A program made the translations under genes and the position numbers. A model generated the notes under the pieces. It was not told the DNA's origin. It worked only from the letters and a program-made list of their open reading frames with translations, and did not search any database. From contig JAXDBQ010000020.1 in the NCBI GenBank assembly GCA_034678605.1, positions 1-59,200 on the forward strand: 59,200 bases of DNA. Reading direction: 5' to 3'. Within the stretch, counting starts at the first letter, position 1. Every line of letters starts with the position of its first letter. Shown piece after piece: positions 40,551 through 48,085 of the stretch. The stretch comes from Patescibacteria group bacterium (GTDB lineage Bacteria > Patescibacteriota > Minisyncoccia > Minisyncoccales > UBA5738).

Positions 40551-41012
40551 TTATTCGCAAGCAATGCCCACCGGCCAGATTTCGTGCACCATTTAGCCTT
40601 CCAATTCAAAATCGGCCAGCTTGCCGTAAATCACGACTTTTTTACCGGCGTAATATGACAAATCGTCTTTGGGGGCGTAAATATTGCGGCCGTTTAAGCT
40701 GTAAAGCGACGATCTCATCAGAGTGTCCGCGACGCCCGCATTCACGGCGTTTTTATTTAATATTCCCAAAAATTGAGTTTCGGCGGTATTTAAGGAGTTG
40801 TAGCTGTCGATAAAGCCTTTGTCGTTATTCAAGGTTTTTTTGTTCTTGTCGGCGCAAGCGGTTTGACTGCAATCTTTCGGACAACTAATACTATTTTCAC
40901 CGGAATTTTTATTGCAAACGCCATCGCCGCATTTTGCGCATCCAGAACATTATCACCGTCAAAAAACAACAACACCGCAAGAAAAATTACCAAAAATATC
41001 TTTCTGATTTTT
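40551..41012 (-). pseudogene. Degraded secreted Cys-rich protein gene
   Basis: Leader like that of the 1359-aa gene but no ATG; signal peptide KIRKIFLVIFLAVLLFF out of frame with CGDGVCNKNSGENSISCPKDC; in-frame TAA at 40593-40595 followed by MVHEIWPVGIACE*. Confidence 0.65.
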
Positions 41013-41035
41013 AAAAAACTATTGATTGTTTTATT

Positions 41036-41083
41036 TTAATTGGTTTTGGGCATTGCCGCCAGCTGCTTTTGCAGTTCGGCGAT
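41036..41083 (-). pseudogene. Orphan surface-protein C-terminal tail C (IAELQKQLAAMPKTN*)
   Basis: Matches the ends of proteins 1 and 2; starts 9 nt after the pfkB stop. Confidence 0.88.
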
Positions 41084-41092
41084 TCAACGATT

Positions 41093-42088
41093 CTACAATT
41101 CAACGTTTCTAATTTTAATTTTGATGTTTTCTTGGCCCACAAGATAGTTGTCTTCTTTGGCCAAAAGTTTGTCGGAACCGCGGATCGATAGGCAATGCTT
41201 GGCGTTCACCAGCGCCAATTTCATCGAATATTCGATATCGTTGTTCGAAGAAAGCATCCCGCTCATAAAGCCCGAAGCGAACGCGTCGCCCGCGCCGGTA
41301 ACGTCGATTATTTTAAAGGCCTTGGCCTTGCCTTCATAAACCTTGCCCTCGGCAATGATCAGCGCGCCCTCTTTTCCCTTGGTGATCACATTGATGCCCG
41401 GGTGCATATACACGATCTTTTTAATGATCGCTTTTTCATCTTTGTAATCAATGCCAGTTAATGTCGCGGCTTCTTCCAAATTCAAGATCAACACGTCGAT
41501 GCGCGCCAGCAAGCCCTTGATACACGCCCGGCCCATGGCTAATTGGGAATTGCCCAAATTGGCCGCCACCATCACATTGTTCTTACGGGCGAATGCCGTG
41601 ATTTGCTCGGTCAAACGGCACAACCGGCCCGAAAGCGGCGCCAGATAGAACAATTTGGCATTCATTTTGTCCCATTGCACGCACTCATGGCCAAAAAGCT
41701 CGGATGCGCCCCGATAAACCAAGATCACCCGGTCTTCGCCGGCGGCATTGAGCACCACGGAATTATTCGTCGCCCGCTCTTTGGTTTTGCAGATCAATTC
41801 CGTGCCAACGCCCAGCCGCTTCAAATGCTCGGCCACTTCGCGGCCGGGAATATCGTCGCCCACCATGCCGCAATAGGCAGTTTTAAAACCTTGCCGCGCG
41901 AAAGTTGTGGCCGTGTTGACCCCCCCGCCGCCAAACGCAAACCGCATCTGCGGCACATCGATCTTGGAGCCCATGTTGAATTCAAACCCCCGCCCCGAGA
42001 TCATCTTGGCGTCTTTTTTCACAAATTTTGGCGGCATGTCCATAAACGCGTCCCACGCCGCGCTCCCGAAAGTGATTACATCGTACAT
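41093..42088 (-). CDS. PfkB/ribokinase-family carbohydrate kinase
   Basis: FGGGGVNTA, GMVGDDIPG, ITKGKEGA, DVTGAGDAFASG. Confidence 0.92.
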   Translation of the reverse strand: MYDVITFGSAAWDAFMDMPPKFVKKDAKMISGRGFEFNMGSKIDVPQMRFAFGGGGVNTATTFARQGFKTAYCGMVGDDIPGREVAEHLKRLGVGTELICKTKERATNNSVVLNAAGEDRVILVYRGASELFGHECVQWDKMNAKLFYLAPLSGRLCRLTEQITAFARKNNVMVAANLGNSQLAMGRACIKGLLARIDVLILNLEEAATLTGIDYKDEKAIIKKIVYMHPGINVITKGKEGALIIAEGKVYEGKAKAFKIIDVTGAGDAFASGFMSGMLSSNNDIEYSMKLALVNAKHCLSIRGSDKLLAKEDNYLVGQENIKIKIRNVEL

Positions 42089-42124
42089 ATTGACAAATTT
42101 ATTATTTTATGCTAAAATGTTTAT

Positions 42125-42364
42125 ATGACTTGGAAAGAAGCCTTGTATTGGGGAGTGGTGGTAGGTTTACTCATCGCCACTGGGTTATTGCTTTACGATT
42201 TTTACGATTGCAGTAGCGGTGTGGAGAGTCACCCAGGGCAATATCAAGCCCCTTCATCGGGCAACAACGAAAAAATTGATTTCGAACCACTAGCCTCCCC
42301 GGCCGGAGCGAGGAAAGAGTGGGCAACAAAAGGAATAACAGGTCGAGGGATATATTTTCCTTGA
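42125..42364 (+). CDS. Small membrane-anchored hypothetical protein
   Basis: TTGACA (42090), 17 nt, TAAAAT with TGn extension; N-terminal TM helix. Confidence 0.6.
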   Translation: MTWKEALYWGVVVGLLIATGLLLYDFYDCSSGVESHPGQYQAPSSGNNEKIDFEPLASPAGARKEWATKGITGRGIYFP

Positions 42365-42454
42365 CGCTTTTTTTTATTCATTCCTCATAATACTTCGGGG
42401 CTATACCTGATGTAGTTTATTATAAAATTGTTTTCAATCTTTTTTTAGTAATTT

Positions 42455-42583
42455 TTATTTCCGCAGACCGCCGAGCTTGATGATGGTTTTCATAACGCTG
42501 TCGGGGTTAAGCGACATGGTTTCGATGCCTTCGCGCATGATGAATTCGGCAAATTCGGGATAATCGCTGGGCGCTTGGCCGCA
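42455..42583 (-). pseudogene. Orphan duplicate of the last 42 codons plus stop of ppsA
   Basis: 120/129 nt identical to 43460-43588; 8 of 9 differences are synonymous. Confidence 0.95.
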
Positions 42584-42590
42584 AGTTCCC

Positions 42591-42660
42591 TTGACATTAT
42601 TCTATTGCTTGCTATTATTGATTTAGTGACTTCACCCCGAATTAATCTTCGGGGCTTTTG
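42591..42660 (+). promoter_or_regulatory. Antisense promoter plus short hairpin/U-tract facing the NYN gene
   Basis: TTGACA (42591), 16 nt, TATTAT (42613), then CCCCGA-N8-TCGGGG-CTTTTG. Confidence 0.55.
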
Positions 42661-43218
42661 TTATTTGCTTTCCAATTTCAAATATTCGATCTCGCTTCTG
42701 ATGTCTTCAAAAAAGATATGATGCGATTTATGGATTTCCCATGCGACATTCCTTTCGAAACAAGCGAAAATCAACCGCTTTCCGTTGAGAATAACATCTT
42801 TTTTCAATCCAATAAAGTCGCTATCGCTGCTCACAAGCAGCACCGCGTCAATTTTATCCAAACTTCTTATCGCGGCGCAAGTAATTTCCACATCAAAATT
42901 GCATTTATATTTGAATTTAGATTTGGCGCTGTCCAAATAAATCTTTTTAAGCAGCTTTTCGATAATTTCAAAACCCGATTTTTCAATTCTGTCTTTGATC
43001 AATACATTTTTATCATAAGCGGCTTTCTCCAGCGGCATTCCCAAATAATACTTTGCGAATTTTACATTAAAATGCTTCTGGCAAAATATTAAGAACTTGC
43101 CCCAATCGATCCGCCAACCCGCGCTTTTCTGCGAATAAAACAAATTCGCCTCGTCAACAAAAATCCCAACACATTTCCCTTTATATTCGTCTAAAATTTT
43201 GTTAGCTTTGAAATTCAT
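42661..43218 (-). CDS. NYN (LabA/DUF88, PIN-like) domain RNase
   Basis: IFVDEANLFY, KCNFDVEI, LVSSDSDF, FFEDI. Confidence 0.9.
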   Translation of the reverse strand: MNFKANKILDEYKGKCVGIFVDEANLFYSQKSAGWRIDWGKFLIFCQKHFNVKFAKYYLGMPLEKAAYDKNVLIKDRIEKSGFEIIEKLLKKIYLDSAKSKFKYKCNFDVEITCAAIRSLDKIDAVLLVSSDSDFIGLKKDVILNGKRLIFACFERNVAWEIHKSHHIFFEDIRSEIEYLKLESK

Positions 43219-43294
43219 ATTTCAACTTTCAAAATACGTGCCGCAAAATCCTTGACAAAATCGGATTTTGGTATAATTTAAAATCGGTGATTTT

Positions 43295-43441
43295 ATGAGT
43301 TGCGGCGATTGCCCGGATCCGGTAAAATACAAACCATTTACGCGCAAAGATATCAAACCGCTCGCTCTTTATTTTGCAATAATAGTTATAGTGGTACTAC
43401 TTGCGTTATGGTTGGTGACTTTTTTCCAAAGAATTTTATAA
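43295..43441 (+). CDS. 48-aa single-TM peptide (not in the ORF track)
   Basis: MSCGDCPDPVKYKPFTRKDIKPLALYFAIIVIVVLLALWLVTFFQRIL*; extended -10 TGGTATAAT at 43269-43277. Confidence 0.65.
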   Translation: MSCGDCPDPVKYKPFTRKDIKPLALYFAIIVIVVLLALWLVTFFQRIL

Positions 43442-43459
43442 ATCAATAAAATTCTTTTT

Positions 43460-45853
43460 TTATTTCTGCAAGCCGCCCAACTTGATGATGGTTTTCATGA
43501 CGCTGTCGGGGTTCAATGACATGGTTTCGATGCCTTCGCGCATGATGAATTCGGCAAATTCGGGATAATCGCTGGGCGCTTGGCCGCAGATGCCGATGTA
43601 CTTGCCCCGGACCTTGCAGGCCGCGATCGCCTGTTTGACCAAAATTTTCACCGCCTCGTTGTTCTCACTGGCAATATGAGTCAATTGGCCGGCATCGCGA
43701 TCCAAACCAAGCGTTAATTGCGTGAGGTCGTTGGAACCGATCGACATGCCGTCAAAAATATCCAAGAATTGATCGGCCAAGATCACATTTGAGGGAATTT
43801 CGCACATCACCATAATCTTTAACCCATTCTGACCCGATTCGAGGCCGTTTTTTTTCATCACTTCAATCACTTTTTTGCCTTCCTCCACGGTGCGGCAAAA
43901 CGGAATCATCACCCACACATTATCCAGCCCCATCTGTTCTCTCACTTTTTTGATCGCCGCGCATTCCAGCGCGAATGCCGGCGCAAAGCGCGGGTCATAA
44001 TAGCGCGACGCGCCGCGCCAACCGATCATGGGATTTGATTCTTCGGGCTCGTATTCGCTCCCTCCCAGCAACGCGCGGTATTCATTGGTTTTGAAATCCG
44101 AAAACCGCACGATGATGTGCTTGGGATAAAACGCCGCCGCGATCGTGGCAATGCCCTCGGCAAGCTTGTCCACGAAAAATTCTTTTTTATCTTTGTATCC
44201 GAAAGTGATCTGCTCAATTTGCGCTTTCAGTTTTTTGTCTTTCAACTTGCCAAAATTTATCAGCGCCAGCGGATGCACCTTAACTTGATCGGCAAAAATA
44301 AATTCCACCCGCGCCAAACCCACGCCATCATTGGGCAAAAACGAGGCCTTAAACGCCGCTTCGGGCGTGCCCACGTTGAGCATAATCTTTGTCGGCAACT
44401 CCGGAATCATACCTAAATCATATTCCTTTTTTTCATAAGGAATCTTGCCCGCGTAAACCCGGCCTTCCAGCCCTTGGGTGCAATCCGCCGTGGCCATCAC
44501 GCCGTTTTTTAAAACTTTACTGCCATCACGCGTGCCCACAATGCAGGGCGTGCCCAATTCGCGCGACACGATCGCCGCATGGCAGGTTTTGGTGCCCTCA
44601 TCGGTCACGATCGCCGACGCGATGCGCATAATCGGCACCCAATCCGGGTCAGTCATGGTGGTTACTAAAATTTCACCGGCCTTGAACTGATTGATCTGTT
44701 TGACATTGGGAATAATGTGAATTTTCCCCTGGCCAATCTTGTGGCCCACGGCAATGCCGGCAACCAACGGCTTGGCGCTGGTTTTGACTTCGTATTCTTC
44801 GTAAGTATTTTGAGCAACCTTACCGGCATAGATGGTTTCCGGCCGCGCCTGCACAATAAACAATTCGCCGGTTTTGCCATCTTTGGCCCATTCGATATCC
44901 TGCGGCCCATGGTAGTGCTCCTCGATGATCACCCCCCACTTAGCCAATTGTTCGGCTTCTTTATCGGTCAACGAAAACCGTGCCCGGTCTTTGGGCAAAA
45001 CCTTCACTTCCTTCAAACCGACCTTCTTGTCAAAAATGTATTTGATATCCTTGTTGCCCAATGTTTTGGAAATGATCGCAGTTTTACCTGATTTTAAGGA
45101 AGGTTTAAAAACATAGAACTGGTCGGCCACCACATGGCCTTTCACGATCATTTCACCCGCGCCAAAAATCGAATTGATCAAAACCGCGTTGCGAAATCCG
45201 GTTTCCGTGTCCAAAGTGAACATGATGCCCGCCGAGGCCAGATCCGAGCGCACCATTTTCATCACTCCCACCGACAGCGCCACTTTGAGCGTGTCAAAGC
45301 CCTTTTCGACCCGATAAACGATGGCTCGCTCCAAAAACAGCGACGAAATGCATTTTTTCACCGCGTCCAGCAATTCCAAAGGCGTATCGATATTCAAATA
45401 GGTTTCATGCGCCCCGGCAAACGACGCGCCGGCCAAATCCTCGGCCGTGGCCGACGACCGAACCGCCACATTCACATTCTTGGTTTTGTAATAGGCCGAC
45501 AATTCCTTGTAGGCCGCCAAAATTTCTTTTTTGAAATCCGGCGGAAACTCGCCCTTCAAAACCAAATTGCGCGCCAAAGTGCTGGCTTTTTTGAGTTTAG
45601 CTAAATTGGAAGCATCCAAATCTTTGAAGATCGGTTCCAATTTTTTATCAATGCCGTTGTGCCGCAAATAGCGCCAATAGGCCGTGCTGGTGGTAATAAA
45701 CCCGTTGGGGATCGGCACGCCCTTTTCGCCCAATTGCGAAAACATCTCGCCCAGCGATCCGTTTTTTCCCCCGACCAGCTCCACGTCCTTTTTGGTCACT
45801 TCCTTGAACCACGCCACATTCCTCTCGTTTATGTTTTGATTTTCTGTTTCCAT
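43460..45853 (-). CDS. ppsA: Phosphoenolpyruvate synthase (pyruvate, water dikinase)
   Basis: VGGKNGSLGEM, VAVRSSATAEDLAGASFAG, QARPET, TCHAAIVSRELG (phospho-His), GVGLARVEF, SIGSNDLTQL, GICGQAPSD. Start taken at METENQ. Confidence 0.96.
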   Translation of the reverse strand: METENQNINERNVAWFKEVTKKDVELVGGKNGSLGEMFSQLGEKGVPIPNGFITTSTAYWRYLRHNGIDKKLEPIFKDLDASNLAKLKKASTLARNLVLKGEFPPDFKKEILAAYKELSAYYKTKNVNVAVRSSATAEDLAGASFAGAHETYLNIDTPLELLDAVKKCISSLFLERAIVYRVEKGFDTLKVALSVGVMKMVRSDLASAGIMFTLDTETGFRNAVLINSIFGAGEMIVKGHVVADQFYVFKPSLKSGKTAIISKTLGNKDIKYIFDKKVGLKEVKVLPKDRARFSLTDKEAEQLAKWGVIIEEHYHGPQDIEWAKDGKTGELFIVQARPETIYAGKVAQNTYEEYEVKTSAKPLVAGIAVGHKIGQGKIHIIPNVKQINQFKAGEILVTTMTDPDWVPIMRIASAIVTDEGTKTCHAAIVSRELGTPCIVGTRDGSKVLKNGVMATADCTQGLEGRVYAGKIPYEKKEYDLGMIPELPTKIMLNVGTPEAAFKASFLPNDGVGLARVEFIFADQVKVHPLALINFGKLKDKKLKAQIEQITFGYKDKKEFFVDKLAEGIATIAAAFYPKHIIVRFSDFKTNEYRALLGGSEYEPEESNPMIGWRGASRYYDPRFAPAFALECAAIKKVREQMGLDNVWVMIPFCRTVEEGKKVIEVMKKNGLESGQNGLKIMVMCEIPSNVILADQFLDIFDGMSIGSNDLTQLTLGLDRDAGQLTHIASENNEAVKILVKQAIAACKVRGKYIGICGQAPSDYPEFAEFIMREGIETMSLNPDSVMKTIIKLGGLQK

Positions 45854-45977
45854 AATATTGACAATATTATTATTTTTTAACCTAATCAACAATCAAATTT
45901 TTCACCCGGCGGTTACAAAACCAGATAATTGATTTTACCACACCAAAACCCCAAATCAAAATTCCGGCCTTGGTAAA

Positions 45978-46011
45978 ACATTCTCACATTCTTGAGAATG
46001 TGAGAATGTCG
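45978..46011. repeat. Dyad repeat copy 1 (ACATTCTCACATTCT-TG-AGAATGTGAGAATGT)
   Basis: Perfect 15-bp inverted repeat; 45981-46011 is identical to 47947-47977 (31 nt). Confidence 0.9.
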
Positions 46012-46047
46012 TTCGCTCGCCCAGCGCAACGCAGAATTAGCATTTTC

Positions 46048-46170
46048 GGGGTCGTTCCCCCGTAAAGCGGAGCGCCACGGGGGTGCGACCCCTTCAATAG
46101 CATCTGGATTTAAATTATCAATGCTGTTGTCGGGGTCTAACCACCCGCAATTACGCGGGGGTTAGACCCC
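46048..46170. repeat. Pair of REP-like palindromes in inverted (BIME-like) arrangement
   Basis: 46048-46092 GGGGTCGTT...TGCGACCCC with tail TTCAATAGCAT; 46132-46170 GGGGTCTAACC...GGTTAGACCCC preceded by ATGCTGTTGTC. Confidence 0.75.
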
Positions 46171-46216
46171 AAAATACAAAATACGCGATTCAAATTAACG
46201 ATTATTTTCAAAACAG

Positions 46217-46744
46217 CTATTTCCAGAGCCGCGGCATGATGTTCCAACAAGCATCAAAGATTTCTTTGGAAACAAGATCTTTGTGATTCTTCATAATGTA
46301 GGGCAAATTGCGGATGGCCGCGCCCGGATAAATACCCACGATTTGGGCGTTTTTATCGGCAATGGTGATGATTTTTTGCTTATCAATATCCACTCCCGCG
46401 TCGCGCAATCCGTAATCGGCCACATCGCCGATGTCTTTATATCCGGAGATCCATCCGCCAAGGCATTCAACGAAATACGCCCCCATGCCGCAATCCGCGC
46501 GGATGCACATTGTTTCGTCTCCCAGCGAATAAACATAAAAATCCGATTCGGGCACCGTATCATATGGCGGCGCCCAACCAATGCGATCATTTGCTTTTTC
46601 CGCCGCCGCCATGCCAATTTTAATCGTTTTGTACTCTTTCACGCCAAAAGAATACTTTTGCAAAAACCAAACGCCAATCGCAACCAAAATTACTGATAAA
46701 ATCACTCCCTCAACAATCAAATTACAAAATTTTGGCAACCGCAT
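46217..46744 (-). CDS. Hypothetical membrane-anchored exported protein
   Basis: N-terminal TM helix; C-terminal ITIADKNAQIVGIYPG resembles a thioredoxin-fold C-terminal strand pair; no CxxC. Confidence 0.7.
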   Translation of the reverse strand: MRLPKFCNLIVEGVILSVILVAIGVWFLQKYSFGVKEYKTIKIGMAAAEKANDRIGWAPPYDTVPESDFYVYSLGDETMCIRADCGMGAYFVECLGGWISGYKDIGDVADYGLRDAGVDIDKQKIITIADKNAQIVGIYPGAAIRNLPYIMKNHKDLVSKEIFDACWNIMPRLWK

Positions 46745-46766
46745 AAATATATTTCCAAAAATAATT

Positions 46767-46880
46767 TTAATCCGCGATCAAATTTTTGATGATTTTTATC
46801 ATGGTTTCCTTTTCCTTGGGATCGCTTTGGGCCGTAAACATCGGCGGTTAGTTCCAAAATGGAACTATCTGGATTTTATT
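46767..46880 (-). pseudogene. Possible degraded C-terminus of a Fic/DOC-type gene
   Basis: Frameshifted pieces DSSILELT / MFTAQSDPKEKETMIKIIKNLIAD* resemble RhuM-Fic/DOC C-termini (recalled pattern, unverified). Confidence 0.35.
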
Positions 46881-47005
46881 AAGATATTGCCTATTTTTGC
46901 GATAACTAATTTTTATTCGCAATGTGCATTTTTTGCACATTGCTTTGGCGGAAGTATGCGCAAAATTTACACAAACTGGTTTTGCGTAAGCCAAACCAAC
47001 TTATC

Positions 47006-47707
47006 CTATTTTAATTCCATTAACTTTTTCATTATTCGCGGCACTTCATTCACGAAATATTTTTTGACTTCCAACCAATCAGCTTTAAAATTTATTTCCG
47101 GGCCAGAATCCACCTCCGCGTCTTCAAAATACTCCATGCTTAGCAAAATATGATGATAGTCGTGCGCAACGCTGGGGTATTGTTTTTTTAATCGCTTGAT
47201 CGTATTTTCCAGCGGCTCCACATTTTTCGCGCACCAATAAAGATCGAAAAAATCACGCTTACGGCCGCGTTGCGAAATGGCGATGATTTTCATTACTGCA
47301 ATGTCCCGCGCGGATAAAATATTGATTACGCCATGCTTAATGAAATCTTCTGCCGGTATAAAAAACGGATAAGCGATAAAACTCACTTTCGCGCCAAACA
47401 ATTCGCCATAAATTGTGTTTTCTTCATCAAGATTTGTTTTCCAATCCGGAATATCATAAAATTTATCCAAAATTTTTTTTGTGTCGAATTTTCGTTCCAC
47501 CGTAAAAAAATCCAAGTCATATGATTGGCGATGGCCAGCCTGCAACGCCAAAGCCGTGCCACCCGCCAAATACCAGCCGTTATCTTTTAACCAATCTTGA
47601 GACGACAAAAATTCAAACGCTTTTTTTGTTTGCGCGGGCATTATGTCAAAATTCAATAATTTTCCAGAAGCAGTTTCCATGCGTTTTTTGTGCGCGGACG
47701 AAGGCAC
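47006..47707 (-). CDS. AbiEii-like nucleotidyltransferase toxin (true start probably 47680 or 47641)
   Basis: WYLAGGTALALQAGHRQSYDLDFF, DIAVMK, RGRKRDFFDLY. Confidence 0.9.
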   Translation of the reverse strand: MPSSAHKKRMETASGKLLNFDIMPAQTKKAFEFLSSQDWLKDNGWYLAGGTALALQAGHRQSYDLDFFTVERKFDTKKILDKFYDIPDWKTNLDEENTIYGELFGAKVSFIAYPFFIPAEDFIKHGVINILSARDIAVMKIIAISQRGRKRDFFDLYWCAKNVEPLENTIKRLKKQYPSVAHDYHHILLSMEYFEDAEVDSGPEINFKADWLEVKKYFVNEVPRIMKKLMELK

Positions 47708-47889
47708 CGCGATTTATCAACGATCTTTTTGATCAGCGCTTTATCGTAATAATCCCACATCCATTTCACTTCCAAATCATTGCCAAAATCCAAAATCCGC
47801 TCGATCACGTATTGGGCGTTTTTTTGGGGATCGATATTTTTGGGATTCACGTCCCAAAACAAGCTTTGCCGGAATTCCATCGTTTCCAT
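47653..47889 (-). CDS. DUF6922-like small partner/antitoxin
   Basis: LFWDVNPKNIDPQKNAQYVIERILDFG...W; overlaps the toxin start. Confidence 0.8.
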   Translation of the reverse strand: METMEFRQSLFWDVNPKNIDPQKNAQYVIERILDFGNDLEVKWMWDYYDKALIKKIVDKSRCLRPRTKNAWKLLLENY

Positions 47890-47946
47890 AACAACATTTT
47901 ACCATATTCAAGCCCTCGATAAAAGGCCGATCTATCAACAAAACCT

Positions 47947-47977
47947 TCTCACATTCTTGAGAATGTGAGAATGTCGA
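47947..47977. repeat. Dyad repeat copy 2
   Basis: Identical to 45981-46011; about 60 nt upstream of the antitoxin start. Confidence 0.9.
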
Positions 47978-48043
47978 TAAATATCGAAAGTTATATTTAA
48001 ATATAATTTGAATATAACTTTTTTCCATTTCAAGAATAGCAAT

Positions 48044-48085
48044 ATCTTAAATCTTAAATCTTAAATCTTAAATCTTAAATCTTAA
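48044..48085. repeat. Heptamer array (ATCTTAA)x6, reverse complement of the miaB array unit
   Basis: Six perfect copies; contains the acs stop codon. Confidence 0.9.

Noticed and set aside
29190-41083. Integron with attC cassettes
   Set aside because: There is no intI and no attC-like R/L box hairpins. The repeated units are coding-sequence ends.
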